From Candidatus Woesearchaeota archaeon (GTDB taxonomy: Archaea > Nanobdellota > Nanobdellia > Woesearchaeales > GW2011-AR4): DNA of 39,100 nucleotides. Numbering within the stretch: position 1 is the stretch's first letter; every line of letters starts with the position of its first letter. The stretch covers positions 1 to 39,100 of the forward strand of contig JACPMW010000009.1 in the NCBI GenBank assembly GCA_016185805.1. The letters are read 5' to 3'. Positions 18,286-25,218 of the stretch are shown here, piece after piece. The notes under the pieces are model-generated. The model was given only the letters and a program-made list of their open reading frames with translations. It was not told where the DNA came from and did no database searches. Position numbers and translations under genes: made by a program.

Positions 18286-18358
18286 GATGTTAACCTCTGT
18301 ATAGACTTATCTATATATAAACTTATATATAAATGTTTTGGTTTTTTGTAAAAGCTGT

Positions 18359-18470
18359 CAATGGAAAAAACTTAGGAGAGCGAACCCGTATAATCTACAG
18401 AGATTATGCGAAGCCACCAACTTAAAGGACTTTCGGTTTAACGCTAACAGCGGCAGCTCAAAAAATGTTA
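18359..18470 (+). repeat. upstream module copy R1 (5' of the wHTH/RelE-like operon)
   Basis: The sequence caatggaaaaaacttaggagagcgaaccCGTATAATctacagagATTATGCGaagcc...cggcagctcaaaaaatg is related to 24730-24861 in the same orientation. It is related to 20657-20768 in the inverted orientation. Confidence 0.7.
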
Positions 18471-18689
18471 GAGGAGCACCGCAACCCCTTTGATGGGGTG
18501 AGGAGCGGACTCGCTTAAAATGTGTTATATGCAATGAGGCTTTGATGCCGAATGACATTTCTTACGCCCTAAAACTTATTCTTCCTGTACATCACGCAAG
18601 AATGAGTAATGTTCCGTTAGGCTTTGCGCTTAATCCCACGTTGTACGCATTACTTGTAGTGCGTGTTTGCAGGATTAAGCGAAAGGGAG

Positions 18690-18804
18690 AAGGCTAAGTT
18701 TTAGGTTTAACTATAGACAAAGAGGCAGTTCGTTTCGTTTTTCGTTAGGGGGAGTTCCTAATAAAGAATTATATTTAAATAGTAGATACGCTCTCAAGTC
18801 ATTT
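18690..18804 (+). repeat. left inverted-repeat arm of the small-protein/lipobox cassette (includes promoter)
   Basis: The core ggtttaactatagacaaagaggca (18704-18727) reappears inverted at 20255-20282 (tgcctctttgtctatattaagttaaacc). Weaker similarity continues through the atttaaata TATA box to each start codon. Confidence 0.65.
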
Positions 18805-19017
18805 ATGGCAACAAATATTAGTATGATAGGTTTGCTTGAAAGGCATCAGAAATTGGTTGATGAGATAGCTGAAAGAGTAGCTGAATTAGAAGCTATGAAA
18901 AAGATATTAAAATACCATATCTCAGAGCAAAAAAGGCAAGGTGGTTCTATGTATGGTACAACTGATGAATATAGATATGACAAAAATAAGAAGGAGTATG
19001 TTAGAGTGGTGGAATAA
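18805..19017 (+). CDS. small coiled-coil protein, unknown function
   Basis: The 70-aa ORF (LLERHQKLVDEIAERVAELEAMKKILKY) has a TATA-like tatatttaaata about 25-35 nt upstream. Its stop overlaps the next ATG (TAATG). Confidence 0.5.
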   Translation: MATNISMIGLLERHQKLVDEIAERVAELEAMKKILKYHISEQKRQGGSMYGTTDEYRYDKNKKEYVRVVE

Positions 19018-19166
19018 TGGTAGAAATAAGAGATGAAGTTCTTGAAGCTTGGAGGAAGTTGAAGGCGAATAATCAAAGAATTAAGGAAATCATAAAAGAG
19101 AATGAAAGTTTAGAGGAAAAATTAACGAGGTATTTTAAAGCAAGAAAAGCACATAAGAACAGGTAA
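19017..19166 (+). CDS. small coiled-coil protein (49 aa), below the ORF-track cutoff
   Basis: My own translation gives MVEIRDEVLEAWRKLKANNQRIKEIIKENESLEEKLTRYFKARKAHKNR*. The ATG at 19017 overlaps the TAA of the preceding ORF, which suggests translational coupling. Confidence 0.4.
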   Translation: MVEIRDEVLEAWRKLKANNQRIKEIIKENESLEEKLTRYFKARKAHKNR

Positions 19167-19222
19167 AAATTTTCTTTCAAAATCTTTAAAATTGTTAATA
19201 AAATAGCTACAACATGATTAAT

Positions 19223-19819
19223 TTATGTTATTACTAATTCAAATTGTTCGGTGGCTAATAGTTTTCTAGCTGTTTCTAAGTCTGTTTTTATAACTTCACT
19301 AGGAACAACTGCATGATTCATTCCTCCACTTTCGATGAAATTTTGTTGTTTTCCTGATACATTCTTAATGTAGATATATCCGCCTAATTTTTCACTTTCA
19401 ATATTAATTTTTTCTTCTAACTTCTCTAAAACTTTCAATTGCTTATCTTTTATTCTCTGTTCTTCAATACTTTTTTCATATGCCAATTTTGCATCAGCTT
19501 CTGCTTGCTTTTTTCTTTCTTCAATTCCTTGCAACTGTTCTGGTGTACAATCACCACATTTATCGCATTTATAAAACTCAATTAGTCGTTTTAATTCAGC
19601 AGAACCACCAGTATATTTTCCAGTGTTACAGACCATGTTACATATATCCTGATTATTTCCAGAATCACTTTTACCATGCATACATAAGTCCACACAATAA
19701 CTCAATTGTGACTGGAAAATTCCTTGTGTGGGACAGCTTACTTTTGTGTTTGTAGGATTGCTTGTAGTGCAACTAGCAACCAAGACCACCAACAAACTTA
19801 TAATGATTAATATTTTCAT
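19223..19819 (-). CDS. secreted Cys-rich protein with lipobox-like signal peptide and coiled-coil
   Basis: MKILIIISLLVVLVASC is a signal peptide with a lipobox-like V-A-S-C. About 10 further Cys fall in the first 90 mature residues. A charged coiled coil and a C-terminal globular part follow. Confidence 0.6.
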   Translation of the reverse strand: MKILIIISLLVVLVASCTTSNPTNTKVSCPTQGIFQSQLSYCVDLCMHGKSDSGNNQDICNMVCNTGKYTGGSAELKRLIEFYKCDKCGDCTPEQLQGIEERKKQAEADAKLAYEKSIEEQRIKDKQLKVLEKLEEKINIESEKLGGYIYIKNVSGKQQNFIESGGMNHAVVPSEVIKTDLETARKLLATEQFELVIT

Positions 19820-19829
19820 ATCTCCTCCT

Positions 19830-20180
19830 TCAATCTTCTGCCAATCTTTTGAAATATTCCTTTACAGGTGCTTGAGTATTATTTTCATTTTGAGAGTTGT
19901 TACCAATACCACCGCCTTCCCCACCATCGCCCTTGCTTTCACTACTACTCAGCTTTTTATTGATGTCCTGAATGGCTTGTGATGTATTTTCCAATTGTTG
20001 TTTTAATTCTTCATTCTGTTTTGTAAGGTTTTCAACAATTTGCTGGGTTGTGTTTTGGACTATCTTTTGCGTTTCATTCTTGAAGATAGGTTCATATTTT
20101 TCCCTATATATTTGCTCTTGCTCGGCAGTACAACCAATAACTAAAGCTGTTAGCAAAACTATGGATATATACCTCATCAT
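19830..20180 (-). CDS. small secreted protein with lipobox-like signal peptide
   Basis: MMRYISIVLLTALVIGC is a signal peptide with a V-I-G-C lipobox. The rest is Gln/Asn/Glu-rich with a GDGGEGGGIGNN tract. It is the first gene of a two-gene minus-strand unit. Confidence 0.55.
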   Translation of the reverse strand: MMRYISIVLLTALVIGCTAEQEQIYREKYEPIFKNETQKIVQNTTQQIVENLTKQNEELKQQLENTSQAIQDINKKLSSSESKGDGGEGGGIGNNSQNENNTQAPVKEYFKRLAED

Positions 20181-20300
20181 TTTAGTGAGTATCTTGCTTT
20201 AAATATTTAAATCTACTTATCTATTAAAAATATCAGTCAATAATAGTAAAGACGTGCCTCTTTGTCTATATTAAGTTAAACCCTTTAGTTTTCTCGAAGA
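20181..20300 (-). repeat. right inverted-repeat arm of the small-protein/lipobox cassette (includes promoter)
   Basis: This is the reverse complement of the 18690-18804 arm. The core is 20255-20282, and a shared atttaaata TATA lies at 20200-20211. Confidence 0.65.
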
Positions 20301-20312
20301 TTAGCTTTAGCC

Positions 20313-20445
20313 AAAAATTTCAACAACATGGGTGAAAATTGAGTGCAGAGGATTTTTCAGTTACGAAGTTCTGAAAAATCCTTTGCGAATAGGGTTTTCA
20401 CCAAGAAAACCCGTGTTTGAACCCTTTGTTGTTGTTGAAATTTTT
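20313..20445. repeat. 133-nt long imperfect hairpin / MITE-like palindromic element
   Basis: aaaaatttcaacaac (20313-27) pairs with gttgttgaaattttt (20431-45). ggtgaaaa pairs with ttttcacc. aggatttttcag (20349-60) pairs perfectly with ctgaaaaatcct (20371-82) around the loop ttacgaagtt. Confidence 0.6.
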
Positions 20446-20656
20446 ATTTGAAAATTCTTTGTATGGATTTGCAAATTATCATCGAGAAAATGCAAAACAA
20501 AGTGAAGCAGGGCAGTAAGAAATGGGCATATAACGTACAGAGCAAGGCGACCTTTGGCTCGAGGCGAGAAATTTTTTCCTCGAATTTTGAGGCAACCCGC
20601 AAAATTCAGAGCTGAAAAAATTTTGAAGCACTCGAGACTTTTTTCCGCAGAAAAAA

Positions 20657-20768
20657 GTTTGCCTTGCGAGTGTTAGGCGACCGATAGGCGAGTGAGCCGC
20701 AGCGAACATCGAGTTTTTGAGCCACCCCGTGCGTTACTGCCGTAGTTTTTGCTTAATTGATTTTCCAT
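20657..20768 (-). repeat. upstream module copy R2 (5' of the nuclease gene; inverted relative to R1/R3)
   Basis: The reverse complement reads atggaaaatcaattaagcaaaaactacggcagtaacgcacggggtggctcaaaaactc...tcgcctaacactcgcaaggcaaac. It matches R3 blocks aagcaaaaact, ggcagtaacgcac, ggtggctcaaaaact and gcctaacac in the same order. The R1/R3 hairpin segment is absent. Confidence 0.7.
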
Positions 20769-20803
20769 AAACATTATATATACTAAACACAAACAAAAGT
20801 AAT

Positions 20804-22258
20804 ATGGAGTCATTATTAAAATATCCATGGAAATATATACATAGCACTAGCAATCATCAGTCTGTAACTGCCAAGTTAGTTGAAACTCTAAATGCAACAA
20901 ATAAACAAGATTTTTTCCCTGAAACATATTTTTATCTTACTCATTTAATAAATCCAATCAATGCATACTGGACTAAATTGACTACTTCAACTGTTTCAAA
21001 TTCCAACGATACTGCAAGAAAATTATTTTTAGGTAATAAAATAGAAAGGTTGGCTAGTATTTGGTTCAAAAAATTACCAGACTTTGTTGTTGAACAAGGC
21101 AAGTTAGATGGCGCTTTTGTAGGCATCCCGGGAGTTGTAGGAAAATTTGATTTCTTAATTGGTGATTCTATAATTGAACTAAAAAGCAAAGAGGAATTCC
21201 CAACAGATGAAAAAGAGATTATCCAGCTTTATCCTCATGATATAGAGCAGTTGGCTTTTTACTCAGCTTTACACCCTATGCAACCAAAGGAAAATTACCT
21301 TGTATTCATAAATCAGGTTCATCCTTACCAATTTAAAGCGTATAAATTAATAATAAAAGATTTTGGGAAAGTCAAATCAATCATACTATCCAGAATTAGC
21401 CATCTTAAAAAATCTATTGAGGGTAAAGATTACAGTTCTTTGGGCAAATGTAGGTATTATGATCTAGGATGTAAATTTCAAGACAATCAAATATGCAACT
21501 GTGAGTCCTTAGAATCACTTCCAGATACAATAAGTTCAGCAGTTGAGATAAAATATGATGAAGAATTCACAAAGCTGCTTCAATCTGAAATGGAAAAATC
21601 TGGATTTAAAGGAGAAGCATACACCACTTTAGATTTAATCATCCCTAGAAAAAAGATAATGAATGATAAGCTAAACATATCTGAAGAAATCGTTTCGGAC
21701 ATGAAAAAAGAAGGCTATATTTCTTGTTTGGACAATCTTGTAAAAAAATTACCCTATAAAATATCCAAAGAGCAAAGAAAAATTATCAAAGAAGGGCTAT
21801 TTGATGATAGATTAATCATTGCACAAAGATGGTTAAATCTACCAAGTTCTGGTAAAACAATGGGGGAGTTAGTACCTTATATAATTAAATGTGGAAAAAC
21901 TACCGACAAGGAATTCGCAAGTAAACCAAACACATTTAATATCGGAGAATTAGCAATTATTTGCGCTTCATATGGTGTCACAAAAGGATTAATATTTGTT
22001 ATTTATCCCAATTTAAATGATTTAATTCACACATTTGAAATTAACTTCAAAAATCTTAAAGAAGTTCAAACTGAAATAAAAGGGATTCTTGACCAGCTAG
22101 ACAAAGCAATGGGGGATGGGGAGTTCTTATCTCTGGAACCATGCTTTAAATTTTTTAATAATGAAGGAAAATGCCCATTAATGGAACCTTGCCATTCAGG
22201 AGGAAATAAGGGTTGTGATCCAGATTATATACCCATAAAGAGTAGATTCAAGGCTTAA
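20804..22258 (+). CDS. Cas4/RecB-family-like PD-(D/E)xK nuclease with two four-Cys clusters
   Basis: Length is 484 aa. GKFDFLIGDSIIELKSK gives the D...E-x-K motif, followed by EQLAFYS (QxxxY, a hallmark of the RecB/Cas4 family). Next comes C216-x6-C-x7-C-x-C. A second region ends with C-x9-C-x5-C-x7-C (EPCFKFFNNEGKCPLMEPCHSGGNKGC). The gene is strongly AT-rich. Confidence 0.6.
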   Translation: MESLLKYPWKYIHSTSNHQSVTAKLVETLNATNKQDFFPETYFYLTHLINPINAYWTKLTTSTVSNSNDTARKLFLGNKIERLASIWFKKLPDFVVEQGKLDGAFVGIPGVVGKFDFLIGDSIIELKSKEEFPTDEKEIIQLYPHDIEQLAFYSALHPMQPKENYLVFINQVHPYQFKAYKLIIKDFGKVKSIILSRISHLKKSIEGKDYSSLGKCRYYDLGCKFQDNQICNCESLESLPDTISSAVEIKYDEEFTKLLQSEMEKSGFKGEAYTTLDLIIPRKKIMNDKLNISEEIVSDMKKEGYISCLDNLVKKLPYKISKEQRKIIKEGLFDDRLIIAQRWLNLPSSGKTMGELVPYIIKCGKTTDKEFASKPNTFNIGELAIICASYGVTKGLIFVIYPNLNDLIHTFEINFKNLKEVQTEIKGILDQLDKAMGDGEFLSLEPCFKFFNNEGKCPLMEPCHSGGNKGCDPDYIPIKSRFKA

Positions 22259-22263
22259 ATCAT

Positions 22264-23670
22264 TCACCATAATAATTTTGTTTCTCCGCCGGCTTTTACT
22301 TTGATCTGGTCTACTTTAATAACAAAAGGAAAGTTATTTGTTGCTTGACCTATTAATACTGCTTCTCCCCTACCTAAATTTTTAAGAATTAATAAACTCT
22401 CTGGGTCTATAACTTGAGCTTTAGAAATAAAAGATATATCAGCCGAATTTGAAAAATTAAATGCAAAAAGATTGTCACATTGTCTAAAAACCATTTCCGG
22501 AAGTGTGGTGGGTTCATTAGTAATTATAACTGAGTAAATACCTAAATGCCTCATTCTTGTGATAACATCATCCCAAAATTCTTCCTCAAAATAGTTTTGG
22601 GCTTCTTCAGCAAATAAAAAAATTCTACCTTTATCATATTCACCAGCACGGATTAATTGATTTAAGACGTACACTATTGATAATTCTTTAACTTTTTGGC
22701 CTTGAGCAAACATATTTATTATGATAGCGCCCCCAGAACTTTTTACTTTCTTTAAGTCTTTTGACAAATCAAAGTCTCCAAATATATTAAGACTTTTTGC
22801 AAATTCTATTCTCCCTACTGCTGCAGTAACTGTATTTTGATGACTTCCACTTTCTTCTATGTAATCCTGTAAATTATCTAAGTCCTTCCCCTCACGATTT
22901 TCATTCCAATATCTAGAAAATAGTCTATAAGCATTATGGGAGTCATCTATCTGGCACATTCTGGCGAAAGTTTCAAATCTTATTCCATCTAAAGGTATCA
23001 AAAAATTTTTAGTAGGAATTAGTTCTATAATTAAGTCATGATAAGATGATTTTCCGCCTGATTCTTTTTCTTTTAATCCTGAATATTCACCATTTACATC
23101 TAAAATAACAATAGGAGCTTTGTTTTTAATAAGTTCCTCAACAATTTTTTTAGATAAATGAGATTTACCCGAACCTTTTTTACCTGTAATTAATGTAATA
23201 CCTTGTAATCCTGTTAAGTCTAAATTAAATTCTGAATTTGTTTTCAAGAATTTTCCTATTTGTGCTGGTTTTTTAGGTTTAAATCCGATGAGTTTGGCAA
23301 CATTGTCTTCAGGAATTACTGAAACTTTTGAATTTCTCGAAGGGAGTATAGTAGAACCGAGTAAGAAGTTTGAGTTAATCAGATTTCCCCTAATTTTACA
23401 TCTCGCAATTCGTGCATCTCTTACAGAATTGTAGTAATTCGCTAATTCAGATTGTGGTGCGAGTACATCTGCACCTGCTGCAATCTCTCTTAACAAACTA
23501 GCAAAAAAACCTGGAAAATCTGAATACTGTAAATCAAAGATTTGGGCTATGCAACAATAACTCCCATCTTCTATTTTAAAACAATCCCCCACCCTTAAGT
23601 CAAGTCCGGAAGAAAACATAAATGCAATTTCATTTTCTTTTTTGTAGATTATTTTGATTTTATTTTCCAT
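22264..23670 (-). CDS. herA: HerA-like (FtsK/HerA superfamily) hexameric ATPase
   Basis: Length is 468 aa. An N-terminal barrel-like region reads LRVGDCFKIEDGSYCCIAQIFDL. Walker A is ITLITGKKGSGKSH. VILDVNGEYS follows, and Walker B is IFLFAEEAQNYF. RHLGIYSVIITNEPTTLPEMVFRQCDNLFAFNFSNSAD and LGRGEAVLIG match HerA/DUF87 blocks. It lies 5 nt downstream of the NurA-like gene. Confidence 0.75.
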   Translation of the reverse strand: MENKIKIIYKKENEIAFMFSSGLDLRVGDCFKIEDGSYCCIAQIFDLQYSDFPGFFASLLREIAAGADVLAPQSELANYYNSVRDARIARCKIRGNLINSNFLLGSTILPSRNSKVSVIPEDNVAKLIGFKPKKPAQIGKFLKTNSEFNLDLTGLQGITLITGKKGSGKSHLSKKIVEELIKNKAPIVILDVNGEYSGLKEKESGGKSSYHDLIIELIPTKNFLIPLDGIRFETFARMCQIDDSHNAYRLFSRYWNENREGKDLDNLQDYIEESGSHQNTVTAAVGRIEFAKSLNIFGDFDLSKDLKKVKSSGGAIIINMFAQGQKVKELSIVYVLNQLIRAGEYDKGRIFLFAEEAQNYFEEEFWDDVITRMRHLGIYSVIITNEPTTLPEMVFRQCDNLFAFNFSNSADISFISKAQVIDPESLLILKNLGRGEAVLIGQATNNFPFVIKVDQIKVKAGGETKLLW

Positions 23671-23675
23671 TTTAC

Positions 23676-24689
23676 TTACCCTTTACTCCATGGTCCAAAA
23701 AGTACTGGTCTAATGCGTTGCTCTATGGTTAATGCGTACTTGTCTATTGCATAAGCCTGCATGGCCAAAATTTCAGACGGGTCAAAAACACAAAATATAT
23801 GTGCTAATCTTAGTGGATCTGGGTATCCGTCTGGACCGCAGTATTTTGCGATAATTCCAAAAATTTTATTTACATCACTATCTTTTGGAAAAACATCTAC
23901 TCTAAAGGCATAGCCACTGGGTTTGAATCTTACTACAAAAATTTTTCCCAGATATCTTGATTGATTGGCCAAATTTACTTTATTAGTAACATCGATATAG
24001 CATGGTTTATTGTTTAATTCTAATTTTTGAGTTAGGTCATTACCTTTATTATCTGTTACTATAGTATGTTTAGATACAGCAACCATCACTGAATTATTTT
24101 TTTCTGCTTGTTCTTTCATCTCTTTCATAACAGAATTAGGGGAGTCTACTGTACCAGTTATTAATGAGCCATCAAATAAGAAAATAGATTTTGGATTATT
24201 TTTTACTAATCTAAATTGAACTACTCTTTCGATTATATTTCTAATCCTATCCGGCATTTTAAAAACCTCTGGGCTTTTAACAGAATCTGTAGAGAAAAAA
24301 TATTTCTTACGAAGTTCCCTATACATGGAAGTCTTATTATCAAATGTTATTTTTATTATTTCAGGTCCAACTATTTCAATAGATGGTTCTAAATTTGGCT
24401 GAACAGATATTAATGCGCCTCTAACAGAGGCAACAATACCTTTTTCTACCCTACCCAAAGTATTTGAAGTGCTATCAATAGCAAATATTTTCTTCATATC
24501 GGTCAATTCAAAGAATGTATCAATTTTTACATCTTCACTTTCTAATTCAATTACTGATTCCTGTTCTCTAGATGGAGCAACAATAAAATCGTTAGGATTA
24601 ACATCTGAAGGTTGGAATTTTTTAGATTTATCTTTCTTAGAAAGTACAGAAATATCTTCTAGTAAATCAGCTATTATACCCTTTCCCAT
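23676..24689 (-). CDS. nurA: NurA-like nuclease (RNase H-like fold)
   Basis: Length is 337 aa. The spaced acidic and signature blocks are IFAIDSTSN, IIERVVQF, IFLFDGSLITG, VMVAVSKHT, FVVRFKPSGYAFRVDV and DGYPDPLRLAHIFCVF. Their order matches NurA-domain motifs. It is the first gene of an operon with the HerA-like ATPase. Confidence 0.65.
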   Translation of the reverse strand: MGKGIIADLLEDISVLSKKDKSKKFQPSDVNPNDFIVAPSREQESVIELESEDVKIDTFFELTDMKKIFAIDSTSNTLGRVEKGIVASVRGALISVQPNLEPSIEIVGPEIIKITFDNKTSMYRELRKKYFFSTDSVKSPEVFKMPDRIRNIIERVVQFRLVKNNPKSIFLFDGSLITGTVDSPNSVMKEMKEQAEKNNSVMVAVSKHTIVTDNKGNDLTQKLELNNKPCYIDVTNKVNLANQSRYLGKIFVVRFKPSGYAFRVDVFPKDSDVNKIFGIIAKYCGPDGYPDPLRLAHIFCVFDPSEILAMQAYAIDKYALTIEQRIRPVLFGPWSKG

Positions 24690-24729
24690 TGAGTACTAGG
24701 ATAAATTTAAGCTATATTTATATTTTATG

Positions 24730-24861
24730 CAATGGGTAAGCAAAAACTTAGGAGAACTTTAGCGAACCATATAATATACACATATTATATGAAGGCAGTA
24801 ACGCACTATAAATTGACGTAAAATGGTGGCTCAAAAACTTTGCCTAACACACGTTAGGCGA
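24730..24861 (+). repeat. upstream module copy R3 (5' of the NurA/HerA operon)
   Basis: The sequence is caatgggtaagcaaaaacttaggagaactttagcgaacCATATAATATacacATATTATATGaaggcagtaacgcac...tggtggctcaaaaactttgcctaacacacgttaggcga. It has a perfect 10-bp hairpin at 24768-24791 and a cctaac/gttagg hairpin at 24843-24858. Confidence 0.7.
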
Positions 24862-24878
24862 AGTTTTGACTTTTTTTC

Positions 24879-24971
24879 ATATGTCGAAAATATACCATCA
24901 CTCTGTGACTGATTGATGTAAATCCAATGTTGCTACCACATATTGCATATTTTCGAGCATGCTCAAAAACC
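24879..24971. repeat. dispersed palindromic element, copy 3 (split by ~50-nt insert)
   Basis: atatgtcgaaaatat (24879-93) and atattttcgagcatgctcaaaaacc (24947-71) match the cores at 7297-7355 and 13112-13189. Confidence 0.6.
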
Positions 24972-25067
24972 ACGTAAAAACATTTATGATAGCAGCATGT
25001 TATTAGTCTATAACTGGTGGTTTTTGACACGTAAAAATTCAGAAATTTTAATCCTGCAATTCACCGC

Positions 25068-25082
25068 AACATTTTTAAATCA
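25068..25082 (+). promoter_or_regulatory. TATA-box promoter of the 5S rRNA gene
   Basis: aacatttttaaatca is centred about 25 nt upstream of the mature 5S 5' end, which is the canonical archaeal TATA spacing. Confidence 0.5.
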
Positions 25083-25099
25083 CTAATTCTTCCTAAATA

Positions 25100-25214
<115 letters not shown>

Positions 25215-25218
25215 TTTT

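Noticed and set aside
18358-18558. 66-aa ORF over repeat module R1
   Set aside because: It lies entirely within the repeated non-coding module. The homologous copies R2 and R3 do not conserve the reading frame.
18380-18560. Possibility that the GC-normal tract after R1 is SRP RNA or RNase P RNA
   Set aside because: I could not find the conserved SRP helix-8 or RNase P P4 (GAGGAAAGUCC-type) motifs. I left it as unexplained structured or repeat DNA.
20479-20709. 76-aa minus-strand ORF in the 620-nt non-coding tract
   Set aside because: It overlaps direct and inverted repeats (aggcgacc...aggcgag at ~20542 and ~20674). It is Ser/Arg/Phe-rich with no family resemblance.
22264-24689. Reading HerA/NurA simply as the housekeeping end-resection pair
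   Set aside because: I have not excluded this. I consider it less likely here because mre11/rad50 are absent and the cassette is strongly AT-rich. The flanking inverted repeats and the TA-like neighbour point the same way. It is kept as the explicit alternative in the finding.
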